A DNA stretch of 64,000 nt from Bacillales bacterium UBA5603 (GTDB lineage: Bacteria > Bacillota_I > Bacilli_A > Izemoplasmatales > Hujiaoplasmataceae): positions 9,748 to 73,747 of the forward strand of contig DILB01000005.1 in the NCBI GenBank assembly GCA_002424815.1, read 5' to 3'. The notes below the pieces were generated by a model that saw nothing but the letters and a program-made list of their open reading frames with translations, was not told the origin of the DNA and did no database searches. Positions within the stretch are counted from its first letter, which is position 1; each line of letters begins with the position of its first letter. Positions 55,421-64,000 of this stretch are shown piece after piece. Made by a program: the position numbers and the translations under genes.

Positions 55421-56731
55421 ATGTATGATTTAGCAATTGTGAATGGCAAAGTATGGATTGATCAAGCGTTTCATCGCACCAACATCTATGTTTTAGGCGG
55501 CAAGATAGCAGCACTATCTGCGGCCCGTTTCGATGCGAGTGAAACAATCAATGCTACGAATCAATTTGTCATTCCAGGAATCATCGATCCCCATGTTCAT
55601 TTCGCCCTCGGATCAAAAGATAGAGTATCTGTCGATGATTTTGACAGTGGAACTCTTGCCGGAGCTCATGGAGGCGTGACAACCATCATCGATTTTTTAG
55701 ATCCGGCATCGAATGTTGAAGAATTGACATTGGCCTATGCAAAGCGGCAACAAGAAGCGAAAGGAGCTCATGTGGATTACCGATTCCATGCGACTATTAA
55801 ACGACCTTCAGGGAGTTTAGAAGATTTCGTTTTTAAGATGGAGCAACTGGGGTTAACCACACTCAAATTGTTTACTACTTATTCAGATTCTGGCAGAAGA
55901 ACAGATGATGATGCGATCAAAACGTTGTTAAAGTTAACAACGCGACACCCATTTAAATTGTTAGCACACATTGAAAATGATCAGATGATTGATTTAAACC
56001 CCAATTTAACCTATCAGTTACTCCCTTGGGCACGTCCGCCTTTGTCTGAAAGCGAAGAAGCGATCAAATTAGCGGGGTATGTCCAAGAAACAGGGGGCAC
56101 CTTATACATGGTCCATTTATCGAGTGGTGATACGTTGGAGAAATTAATCACACGATATCCCGATATAATCAACCAGCGTTTTTATATTGAGAGTTGCCCG
56201 CATTATTTTACTTTTACTCAGGATGCTTTATCAAAAAGCGATGGTTATTTATATACCATGGCGCCACCTTTAAGAAGTCTAAAGGAACAAAATAAACTCA
56301 AGGAACAAATTGATGATATTCACTGCATCGGAACGGATCATTGTTCTTATAACATTGCCCAAAAACATCGACAGTTGATAGACCAGATACCATTAGGCAT
56401 CGGCGGAATTGAACATTCTTTTGTTATGATGCATTCACTTTTTGGTGATAAAGTCATTGATAAAATGACCGCGAATGTCGCAGATATTCACGGACTTCCA
56501 TCAAAAGGAAAAATAAAATTAGGGCTTGATGCCGATTTTGCGATTTTTGAAAATCGACCTCCCTATTCGATTCGTTCGAGTCATACGCGAGCTGATAATG
56601 ATCTTTATTTGGGTATGCGAGTGACAACGAAACTGATGCGGACTATTTTAAGAGGAAAAACAATTGTCAGCGATGATTGTTTTTTAGGGAGCGAAGGTCA
56701 GTATGTCAAAGGAGTGATTATCAGTGGTTAA
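55421..56731 (+). CDS. Cyclic amidohydrolase (hydantoinase/dihydropyrimidinase/allantoinase family; HyuA-like)
   Basis: 'PGIIDPHVHF' metal-binding HxH motif and a 'TLKLFTTY' carboxylated-lysine context. 436 aa. Confidence 0.75.
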   Translation: MYDLAIVNGKVWIDQAFHRTNIYVLGGKIAALSAARFDASETINATNQFVIPGIIDPHVHFALGSKDRVSVDDFDSGTLAGAHGGVTTIIDFLDPASNVEELTLAYAKRQQEAKGAHVDYRFHATIKRPSGSLEDFVFKMEQLGLTTLKLFTTYSDSGRRTDDDAIKTLLKLTTRHPFKLLAHIENDQMIDLNPNLTYQLLPWARPPLSESEEAIKLAGYVQETGGTLYMVHLSSGDTLEKLITRYPDIINQRFYIESCPHYFTFTQDALSKSDGYLYTMAPPLRSLKEQNKLKEQIDDIHCIGTDHCSYNIAQKHRQLIDQIPLGIGGIEHSFVMMHSLFGDKVIDKMTANVADIHGLPSKGKIKLGLDADFAIFENRPPYSIRSSHTRADNDLYLGMRVTTKLMRTILRGKTIVSDDCFLGSEGQYVKGVIISG

Positions 56732-58028
56732 AGCACTCATAAATGCAACGTTGTATGATCACGAACACTTTTATAAAAATGCTTATTTATTATTTGATAA
56801 GCAGATTTTTGAAGTTGGGAAAATGGCTGATTTTAGAGATTTCAACTATGAAATCATCGATTGTGTTCATACGCTTGTGATTCCGACATTCGTCTTAGCC
56901 CATACGCATATCTATTCAACCTTTGCTAGGGGATTATCATTACCTTTTGAACCCAAAAACTTTCAAGATATTCTTAATCAACTATGGTGGAAATTGGATT
57001 CGAAGATTGATCATGACATCACATTTGCCAGTGGAATGGTCTATGGAACCGAATGCTTAAAAAATGGAATTACAACCATTATTGATCATCATGCATCGGG
57101 GAGAGACATTTACGGTTCGCTACAAACGTTAAAACGAGCAATCGTCGATACCATTGGACTACGCGGTTGTTTTTGTTTTGAAACGAGCGATCGTTTCGAC
57201 CTTGAACTATGCCTTCGTGAAAATAAAGAATTTGCGGATAATCATCATTCGTCGCATGTCAGAGGCTTGTTTGGCATGCATGCTTCGATGTCTTTATCAG
57301 AAGCTTCATTACAACGTATCAAAGCAGAAAGTGCTGAAATTCCCATCCATATTCATGTCGCTGAGAGTAAAATGGATCAAGATGATAGCCTTTTTCAATA
57401 TCATGAAACAGTGATACAAAGACTGAACCGTGTAGGGTTATTGAAAAAAGATTCTTTACTCATTCACGGCGTTCACCTTACTGATGATGATCTTCAAACG
57501 ATTAAAAATCAACAATGTTCGGTGGTGGTCAATGTGACTTCCAATCTGAATAACGGCGTGGGACTTCCAAATATCAAAAAAATGCAAGCCATGGGTATCA
57601 ATGTTTTAGTCGGCAACGATGGATTGTCTTCTTCGCTGACCCATGAATTACAAAACATTTATTTCCTCAATCATCACATCAATGAATCACCAACAGCTTA
57701 CTCATTGAAGGACGTTTCAGAATTGTTAGAAAACAATTATGTGTATGCGAACCGTCTTTTTGAGATAAAACTCGGACGATTTGAACCTAAATATGAAGCG
57801 GATTTCCAGATTATTCCTTATATTCCACCCACGCCTATCAATCAGGAGAATGCTTTTGGACATTTATTCTTTGGATTATTTGATAGTTTCTTACCTAAAC
57901 ATGTCTTTGTTGGTGGAAAACAACTCATTAACAATTATCAGGTCGATCCATCCTTAGAGACACTCGTTTTAACCGCTGAAAATCAAGCAGAAATCCTTTG
58001 GGATCGCTTAAAAAGGGAGGAAAAATAA
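56724..58028 (+). CDS. ssnA: SsnA-type amidohydrolase (chlorohydrolase/aminohydrolase family associated with selenium-dependent Mo-hydroxylase clusters)
   Basis: 'LAHTHIYSTFARGL' HxH motif and 'HVAES' region. 434 aa. GTG start after AAAGGAGTGA. Confidence 0.65.
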   Translation: MVKALINATLYDHEHFYKNAYLLFDKQIFEVGKMADFRDFNYEIIDCVHTLVIPTFVLAHTHIYSTFARGLSLPFEPKNFQDILNQLWWKLDSKIDHDITFASGMVYGTECLKNGITTIIDHHASGRDIYGSLQTLKRAIVDTIGLRGCFCFETSDRFDLELCLRENKEFADNHHSSHVRGLFGMHASMSLSEASLQRIKAESAEIPIHIHVAESKMDQDDSLFQYHETVIQRLNRVGLLKKDSLLIHGVHLTDDDLQTIKNQQCSVVVNVTSNLNNGVGLPNIKKMQAMGINVLVGNDGLSSSLTHELQNIYFLNHHINESPTAYSLKDVSELLENNYVYANRLFEIKLGRFEPKYEADFQIIPYIPPTPINQENAFGHLFFGLFDSFLPKHVFVGGKQLINNYQVDPSLETLVLTAENQAEILWDRLKREEK

Positions 58029-59107
58029 TGAATCTAACGACTCAATTTGATGGATTGACACTTGCCAATCCGCTAATGCCTGCCTCAGGACCCTTGGTCG
58101 GAGATTATGAAAAACTTCATTTTATGTGTCTTCAAGGTTGTGGCGCCGTTGTAACAAAAACCATCTCAACTAAACTGCCCGTGATTCCTAAACCTTGTAT
58201 CTACGGTGATAAAGACTTCGTGATGAATAGTGAATTATGGAGTGAATTGCCCTATCAGACTTGGGTGGAAGATATTTTACCTAAGTATTCGCTAAACAAA
58301 GATCGACCCCTTATTATTTCCGTTGGATATTCAGAGTCGGATATGGAAACTTTAATTCCTTTATTGGATCCTTATGCGGATGCGTTTGAAGTTTCAACGC
58401 ATTATGTTGGAACCAATTTATCGGTCATTGAAGGCATTGTTAAGACGATTAGAAAACATACGCTTAAACCCATTTATATGAAAATTAGTCCGCATATTCC
58501 TTCGCCCGAATTATTCGCAAAAACCATTAAAAATGCCGGAGCGAACGGCATCGTTGCGATCAACTCGTTAGGTCCGACAATGAAAATTGATATCCAAGAT
58601 CGTAAAATCGTTTATGGGAATGATGCAGGATTTGTTTGGACCAGCGGCCCCATCATCAAACCTGTAGCGCTTGCGACCGTCTATAAAATCAAACAAGCGG
58701 AACCAACATTGACAATCATTGGCACCGGTGGAATCAAAAGTGCGGATGATGTCATTGAATTTTTGCTTGCTGGAGCATCCGCTGTACAAATGTTATCGGC
58801 TGCGCTTTTAAAAGGGAAAGATTTATATTCAAAAATCATTCTTGATTTGCCGAAAGCTTTAAGTAAATATGGCTTTAATTCTGTCTCAGAAGTATTAAAT
58901 ACCGTTTTAGACCGATCCGTTGATTATACCGGTGTTGTGCCAACTTTAATTCCCGAAAAATGCATTGCTTGCCAATTGTGTAAAGATATTTGTCCTTACT
59001 TCGCAATTGAATATCCCCAAATTATCACCATTGATCCGGTGAAATGTTTTCGATGCGGATTATGCGTTGCGAAGTGTCCTACGAAGGCATTAATCTTTAA
59101 AAAATAA
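58028..59107 (+). CDS. PreA-like dihydroorotate/dihydropyrimidine dehydrogenase-family flavoprotein with C-terminal 2x[4Fe-4S] ferredoxin domain
   Basis: DHOD-like TIM barrel ('LMPASGP', 'GTGGI') and a C-terminal 'CIACQLCKDICP...CFRCGLCVAKCP'. Start at ATG 58028 with RBS GGGAGG. Confidence 0.7.
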   Translation: MNLTTQFDGLTLANPLMPASGPLVGDYEKLHFMCLQGCGAVVTKTISTKLPVIPKPCIYGDKDFVMNSELWSELPYQTWVEDILPKYSLNKDRPLIISVGYSESDMETLIPLLDPYADAFEVSTHYVGTNLSVIEGIVKTIRKHTLKPIYMKISPHIPSPELFAKTIKNAGANGIVAINSLGPTMKIDIQDRKIVYGNDAGFVWTSGPIIKPVALATVYKIKQAEPTLTIIGTGGIKSADDVIEFLLAGASAVQMLSAALLKGKDLYSKIILDLPKALSKYGFNSVSEVLNTVLDRSVDYTGVVPTLIPEKCIACQLCKDICPYFAIEYPQIITIDPVKCFRCGLCVAKCPTKALIFKK

Positions 59108-59125
59108 ATTGATCGGAGGGATTCT

Positions 59126-61219
59126 ATGTCAGATATCTCAAAATCCATTCCTAAACTTGATGCGGCAAGTAAAATCGCAGGCGAAGCGCTCTATGTCAGT
59201 GATATTTCAATGCCAGGGATGCTTTATGCGAAAACCGTTCGTTCGACGATTGTCAAAGGGAAAATTTTATCGATTGAAAAACCTTCTTTACCTGAAGGTT
59301 ATTTTATCATCGATCGACAAGATATTCCCAGTCGAAACGTGGTCAAAATCATTTTTGAAGATATGCCTTATTTTGCGACGGATCACATCGAGCACTATGG
59401 AGAACCGATTCTTTTAATGGTAGGACCTCATTTGGATATGATGGATGAGTTGATCAAAAAAATTAAAATCGAATATGCAGAAGCAACCCCCTTATTTGAT
59501 TTTAAAGATAGTGTCGTTCATTATGAGTATGCGAAAGGTGATCCAAAATCCGTTTTTGAACGCGCTTCGCAAATCATTGAAATGACTTATGAAACGGGAT
59601 ATCAAGAACAAGCTTATATTGAACCTCAAGGCATGCTTGCTTATCCTGAAGTGTCTGGGAAAATGACATTTATCGGATCGATTCAATGTCCTTATTATGT
59701 TAAAAATGCGGTTATTCATGCGCTAGGATGCTCAGAAGATCAAGTCAGAGTGATCCAAGCTACCGTGGGTGGGGCCTTTGGTGGTAAAGAGGAATTTCCT
59801 TCTTTAATGGCTTGTCAGTTGGCAGTGGCTGTTCAAAAGGCTCAAAAGCCCATCAAATTAATTTATGAACGTGAAGAAGATATGGAAGTCACAACGAAAC
59901 GCCATCCTTCAAAAATATCATTGAAAGCCAGTGTCGATGAATTTGGTAATGTCCAAGGCATCATCGCGCAAGTGTCTTTGGATGGTGGGGCTTACGTTGG
60001 TCTTTCCAGTGTGGTTTTATCTAGGGCAATGATTGCCGCTTCAGGGGCTTATACCTTTCATCATTTATCGGTTCAAGGTGATGTGTATCGTACCAACAAT
60101 GTCCCAACCGGTGCTTTTCGAGGGTTTGGTGCCCCACAGATGTTTTTTGCCATTGAAATGTTTATGAATCATATCGCAAAAGCGACTCATCAAGATCCTT
60201 TTGCTTTTCGGATGCGACACTTAGCCAGACAAGGCGATCAAACTTCGACCTCTGGTAAGTTTCGTGATCCAATTATCTTAGAAGACCTCATTCAAATCGC
60301 AACACAAAAAGCAAAATACCACCAAAAAGCGAAAGCTTTTAGTCTAACCGATCAATATAAAGGTATTGGCATGAGCTTTTTCTTACATGGCTGCGGTTTT
60401 ACTGGTTCAGGAGAGTCCACGCATATCAAGGCAACGGTGAGACTTCATAAACTCATCTCTGATAAAGTTGAAATTCAAGTGGCGGCGGTTGATATGGGTC
60501 AAGGACTCAAAACGACTTTACCGAAACTGGTTGCTAAAATTCTTGAAATTCCGATTCATCAAGTTATTTTTGAATCACCCGATACCGACGTTGTTCCTGA
60601 TTCGGGTCCAACCGTTGCATCACGAACCACTATGATTGTGGGCGGATTATTAGCGAGAGCCGCAAAAGAATTAAAAGGCGTTTGGCAAAGCGGGATTGAT
60701 CAAGTCATCACAAAACGTTATGAACAACCGAGTTACATCGAATGGGATGAAGCAACCATGAAAGGCGATGCTTATCCAGCTTATTCTTGGGGTGTTAATA
60801 TCGTTGAAGTAGAAGTTGATCGGTTAACGATGCAAGTGAAAGTTAAAAATGTGGTTTCAGCTTATGATGTTGGAAAAGCGATTGATGAACAAATTATTCG
60901 TGGGCAGGCAGATGGAGGAATCACCCAAGGAATTGCCTATGGATATTTAGAAAAAATGGTGTCTCAAAAAGGCCGCATACGTCAGAAAAACATGACAGAT
61001 TATTTGATTCCGACTTCCGTCGATATTCCTAAAATGGAAACGATTTTAATCGATAATCCTTATCCTCTGGGTCCTTACGGGGCCAAAGGTGCTGGTGAGT
61101 TGACTTTGGTTGGAGGAGCTCCGGCTGTTTGTTTAGCTATTGAGATGGCCATTAAACGTCACATTACGAAAATTCCTGCAACACCAGAATATCTGATGGA
61201 GTTGATCAACCATGAATGA
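59126..61219 (+). CDS. Second molybdenum hydroxylase large subunit (XdhD-like)
   Basis: 'TVGGAFGGKE', 'PTGAFRGFG' and 'GAKGAGELTL' (catalytic Glu). 697 aa. RBS GGAGGGA. Confidence 0.85.
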   Translation: MSDISKSIPKLDAASKIAGEALYVSDISMPGMLYAKTVRSTIVKGKILSIEKPSLPEGYFIIDRQDIPSRNVVKIIFEDMPYFATDHIEHYGEPILLMVGPHLDMMDELIKKIKIEYAEATPLFDFKDSVVHYEYAKGDPKSVFERASQIIEMTYETGYQEQAYIEPQGMLAYPEVSGKMTFIGSIQCPYYVKNAVIHALGCSEDQVRVIQATVGGAFGGKEEFPSLMACQLAVAVQKAQKPIKLIYEREEDMEVTTKRHPSKISLKASVDEFGNVQGIIAQVSLDGGAYVGLSSVVLSRAMIAASGAYTFHHLSVQGDVYRTNNVPTGAFRGFGAPQMFFAIEMFMNHIAKATHQDPFAFRMRHLARQGDQTSTSGKFRDPIILEDLIQIATQKAKYHQKAKAFSLTDQYKGIGMSFFLHGCGFTGSGESTHIKATVRLHKLISDKVEIQVAAVDMGQGLKTTLPKLVAKILEIPIHQVIFESPDTDVVPDSGPTVASRTTMIVGGLLARAAKELKGVWQSGIDQVITKRYEQPSYIEWDEATMKGDAYPAYSWGVNIVEVEVDRLTMQVKVKNVVSAYDVGKAIDEQIIRGQADGGITQGIAYGYLEKMVSQKGRIRQKNMTDYLIPTSVDIPKMETILIDNPYPLGPYGAKGAGELTLVGGAPAVCLAIEMAIKRHITKIPATPEYLMELINHE

Positions 61220-61685
61220 AATCATCTTTACCTTAAATGGAAAAACCGTCTCATGCCCCTTTGAACCCACGCGTCGCTTGCTCGATGTCTTAAGACAAGA
61301 TTTTAACCTCATCGGTGTCAAAGAAGGATGCGGCGAAGGTGAATGTGGTGCTTGCTCGATTTTGCTTGATCACAACGTTGTTAATTCTTGTATCTTACCC
61401 CTTGGAAATGTACACGGGAAAGATATTATGACCATCGAAGGTTTCAAAACGACCAAACGCTTTAAAGTCATTGAACAAGCTTTCATTGAGATGGGCGCAG
61501 TTCAATGCGGCTTTTGTACGCCTGGGATGGTCATGTCCACCGAAAGTCTGTTACATCATAATCCGCATCCTACGGATCAAGAAATCAAGATCGCCTTGTC
61601 AGGCAATCTTTGTCGCTGTACGGGATACAATATGATTATCGATGCCGTTAAGAAAGCTTCAATCGTGGGGGATGGCTTATGGTAA
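61212..61685 (+). CDS. Second molybdenum hydroxylase [2Fe-2S]x2 subunit
   Basis: 'CGEGECGAC' and 'CGFCTPGM...CRCTGY' motifs. Confidence 0.9.
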   Translation: MNEIIFTLNGKTVSCPFEPTRRLLDVLRQDFNLIGVKEGCGEGECGACSILLDHNVVNSCILPLGNVHGKDIMTIEGFKTTKRFKVIEQAFIEMGAVQCGFCTPGMVMSTESLLHHNPHPTDQEIKIALSGNLCRCTGYNMIIDAVKKASIVGDGLW

Positions 61686-62521
61686 ATCATGGGATGCCCC
61701 AAACGTTAGAGGAAGCATTGATATTATTAAAAAATGATGAATATCAAATCATCGCAGGTGGAACTGATCTCATGGTCCAACATCGTCATTGGGCCCAAAC
61801 ATTGCCAAAAATACCTAAACCAGTGTTATTTATTCATCACGTGAAAGAACTGAATTACTTGTTAGATACACCTGAATACTTAGAAATTGGCGCAACCACA
61901 CCGATGGATATGATTATGAGTTCACCCCTCGTTCCAAAAATTTTGCAACATACCATCGAAGAAATCGCTGCCCCCGGAATAAGACATATGGCGACCCTTG
62001 CCGGAAACATCGCCAATGCGAGTCCGGCAGCGGATGGATTATGCACATTAATTGCATTATCGGCCGATCTGGTGATTGCATCATTAGATCGAAAACGGAT
62101 GATTAAAGTTGAAGAAGTCATTTCAGGACCTAAACGCAATAAATTAGCGAAGGATGAAATGATTATCGCTATCAGAATTCCGCATCAAGATCAATCGATG
62201 AGTGAATTTTATAAAGTCGGAGGCCGTCGTGCAGATGCCATCTCAAAAGTATCTTTAGCTGCCGTCATTCATGTGCATCAATCCATCATCACGAATTGGC
62301 ACTTAGCTTTTGGGGCTGTGGGTCCCAGAGTCGTCCACGATATTCATACCGATCAACGCATGATTGGGATGAAAATTGATGATGTAAAACGACAAACAGA
62401 CGCAATCATAGCGATGTACGAACCCTTAATAACCCCTATTGATGATCAACGATCCACCGCTGTTTATCGCAAACAAGTGGCTTTAAATCTGATTCGACGT
62501 GTCATTATAAATCTCCATTGA
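61679..62521 (+). CDS. Second molybdenum hydroxylase FAD-binding subunit (YgfM/XdhB-like), canonical
   Basis: 'IIAGGTDLMVQ' and 'ATLAGNIANASPAAD', the canonical FAD-binding blocks. Confidence 0.85.
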   Translation: MVNHGMPQTLEEALILLKNDEYQIIAGGTDLMVQHRHWAQTLPKIPKPVLFIHHVKELNYLLDTPEYLEIGATTPMDMIMSSPLVPKILQHTIEEIAAPGIRHMATLAGNIANASPAADGLCTLIALSADLVIASLDRKRMIKVEEVISGPKRNKLAKDEMIIAIRIPHQDQSMSEFYKVGGRRADAISKVSLAAVIHVHQSIITNWHLAFGAVGPRVVHDIHTDQRMIGMKIDDVKRQTDAIIAMYEPLITPIDDQRSTAVYRKQVALNLIRRVIINLH

Positions 62522-62536
62522 TTCGCTGAGGTGTAT

Positions 62537-64000
62537 ATGGGATATTCAAACTTCATGAAAGTTGCATCGGGTCTAAAAAAAGCTGAATTGGTTCTCAAAA
62601 ACGCGCAAATAATCAATGTTTTTAATGCTTCAATTGAAATGGGCGATATTGCTATCCAAGACGGTATGATTGCTGGAATAGGATGGTATTCAGGAATCAA
62701 AGAAATCGATTTAAAAAATCGATACGTTTGTCCTGGATTTATTGATGGCCATGTTCATATCGAATCATCCATGTTAGTTCCGCATCAATTTGCGGCTTTA
62801 GTCATGCCCTTTGGAACGACATCGGTGATTGCTGATCCGCATGAAATTGCCAATGTTTCTGGCATGGAAGGCATTCGGTTTATGCTTAACAGCGCTAAAC
62901 AAGTCCCATTAGATGTTTTTGTCATGCTTCCTTCTTGCGTTCCCGCCACGATCTTTGAAACCTCAGGAAGGTCCATCGAGGTCAAGGATATTCTCCAAAT
63001 GAAAAAGTGGGACCATGTGTTGGGTCTCGGAGAAGTAATGAGTTATCCTTCCGTTATTCAAGGCGATAAAATGATTCACGCAAAAATTAAGGCGATGCAA
63101 GATTATCCCATCGATGGACATGCTCCTTCCTTAACAGGAAAGGATTTGAATGCTTATATCGCCAGCGGAATCAAGACAGATCATGAATCGACAACCCTAG
63201 AAGAAATGAACGAAAAGATTGCACGCGGTCTTTATGTCCATCTTCGCGAAGGTTCACAAACGCGAAACGTGAAAGATTTACTTTCAGGAATTCATGCGGA
63301 AAACAAACATCGAATGCTTTTTTGTACAGATGATAAACACCCACAAGATATTACATTAGAAGGGCACATTAATTATAATGTTAATTTAGCAATTAAAAAT
63401 GGAATATCGCCATTTTGGGCGATTCAAATGGCAACAATTAACACTTCAACCTGTTATGGGTTAAAGCGTTACGGGGCAATTGCGCCGGGGTATTATGCTG
63501 ACTTATTGGTATTTGAATCGCTTGCGGAAATTAAACCCATTCAAGTCTATAAAAAAGGTGAATTAGTGGCTGAAAACGGTCAAGTTCGTTTTATGACAAA
63601 TCCCATCCATTGTCAAGAAGTTATCAATAGCGTCAACATTGATTTGTCTAAAATCCATCTTGAATTGCCTTTGAAAAAAAGCGCTGTTAAGGTGATGGGA
63701 TTGATTGATAATAATGTGACAACGAAACATTTCATTCGCCATGTGAACGTTGTGAATGGATATTATCAACACGATAATCAAAGCGATTTATTGAAACTCG
63801 CGGTGATTGAACGTCATCATGCTTCGGGCAATATCGGTTTAGGATTAGTTGAAGGCTATGGTTTGAAAAACGGAGCCGTCGCTATGACGATTGCTCATGA
63901 TTCGCATAACTTAATCGTTTTAGGTGATTCAGATCACGATATGTTGTTAGCCATCGAAACCCTATATAAGAACCAAGGAGGAATCTGCTTGGTTAAAAAT
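62537..64000 (+). CDS. ade: Adenine deaminase, N-terminal ~488 aa (3' end outside the window)
   Basis: 'VCPGFIDGHVHIESSML' and 'ADPHEIANV' adenine-deaminase signatures. RBS GAGGTG. No stop before the window end. Confidence 0.85.
   Translation, partial: MGYSNFMKVASGLKKAELVLKNAQIINVFNASIEMGDIAIQDGMIAGIGWYSGIKEIDLKNRYVCPGFIDGHVHIESSMLVPHQFAALVMPFGTTSVIADPHEIANVSGMEGIRFMLNSAKQVPLDVFVMLPSCVPATIFETSGRSIEVKDILQMKKWDHVLGLGEVMSYPSVIQGDKMIHAKIKAMQDYPIDGHAPSLTGKDLNAYIASGIKTDHESTTLEEMNEKIARGLYVHLREGSQTRNVKDLLSGIHAENKHRMLFCTDDKHPQDITLEGHINYNVNLAIKNGISPFWAIQMATINTSTCYGLKRYGAIAPGYYADLLVFESLAEIKPIQVYKKGELVAENGQVRFMTNPIHCQEVINSVNIDLSKIHLELPLKKSAVKVMGLIDNNVTTKHFIRHVNVVNGYYQHDNQSDLLKLAVIERHHASGNIGLGLVEGYGLKNGAVAMTIAHDSHNLIVLGDSDHDMLLAIETLYKNQGGICLVKN

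Noticed and set aside
49337-62521. In-frame TGA selenocysteine codons in the selenium-associated hydroxylase cluster
   Set aside because: All genes are continuous without internal TGA and neighbours abut tightly. Any selenium dependence here would be via a labile cofactor, not via a selenoprotein.
1-64000. CRISPR arrays, transposases/IS elements, integrases, phage genes, tRNA/rRNA
   Set aside because: No direct-repeat/spacer arrays, no DDE/HNH/tyrosine-recombinase-like ORFs and no tRNA-like cloverleaf candidates were noticed. The window appears to be core metabolic chromosome.

Overview
AT-rich, gene-dense chromosomal window from a low-GC Gram-positive-type bacterium (Firmicutes/Erysipelotrichia/Acholeplasma-like; standard genetic code). 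AGGAGG-type ribosome-binding sites and many lipoprotein signal peptides are present. No rRNA, tRNA, CRISPR array, phage or transposon signatures were seen.

Content in order:
1. 1-4.5 kb: a pentose-phosphate operon (short-form 6-phosphogluconate dehydrogenase, zwf, cyclase) and small redox proteins.
2. 4.7-6.2 kb: a repeat-rich surface protein.
3. 6.3-20.4 kb, all on the minus strand: a glycan-utilisation regulon. It holds two paralogous uncharacterised glycosidase-like proteins with discoidin-domain insertions, a permease-SBP-permease sugar ABC transporter, a lipoprotein, a YesL protein, an SGNH esterase, a BadF-type GlcNAc kinase, a GntR/HutC regulator, a long phosphomannose-isomerase-like (PMI-like) protein and manA. 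Three promoters carry copies of an 11-bp direct repeat (CAATACATTTG), a candidate operator.
4. 20.6-27.9 kb: housekeeping and miscellaneous genes (GNAT acetyltransferase, M32 carboxypeptidase, membrane proteins, esterase, HAD hydrolase, rhodanese).
5. 28.1-30.4 kb: a two-gene rib-like cluster (ribD-like, ribBA-like). The reductase and GTP-cyclohydrolase-II halves are intact. The deaminase and DHBP-synthase halves look catalytically degenerate. ribE and ribH are absent and no FMN riboswitch was found upstream.
6. 30.6-32.7 kb: a YqiJ/NfeD-flotillin pair.
7. 32.9-40.5 kb: a MATE efflux pump and an oppBCDFA peptide ABC operon.
8. 40.7-49.0 kb: an amidase, a zinc-ribbon membrane protein, a DUF2207-LemA pair, a DUF438 protein and a membrane GGDEF+HD-GYP c-di-GMP protein.
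9. 49.3-64.0 kb: a tightly packed anaerobic purine-catabolism-type island. It contains two xanthine-dehydrogenase-family molybdenum hydroxylases in opposite subunit order, MocA, an XdhC-like chaperone plus a P-loop protein, an embedded small membrane protein, a hydantoinase-like amidohydrolase, an SsnA-like amidohydrolase, a PreA-like dihydroorotate-dehydrogenase (DHOD)/ferredoxin fusion, and adenine deaminase (truncated by the window end).

The most notable items are the degenerate rib cluster, the unusual two-hydroxylase purine island, and the repeat-operator-controlled glycan regulon with novel glycosidase-like paralogues.
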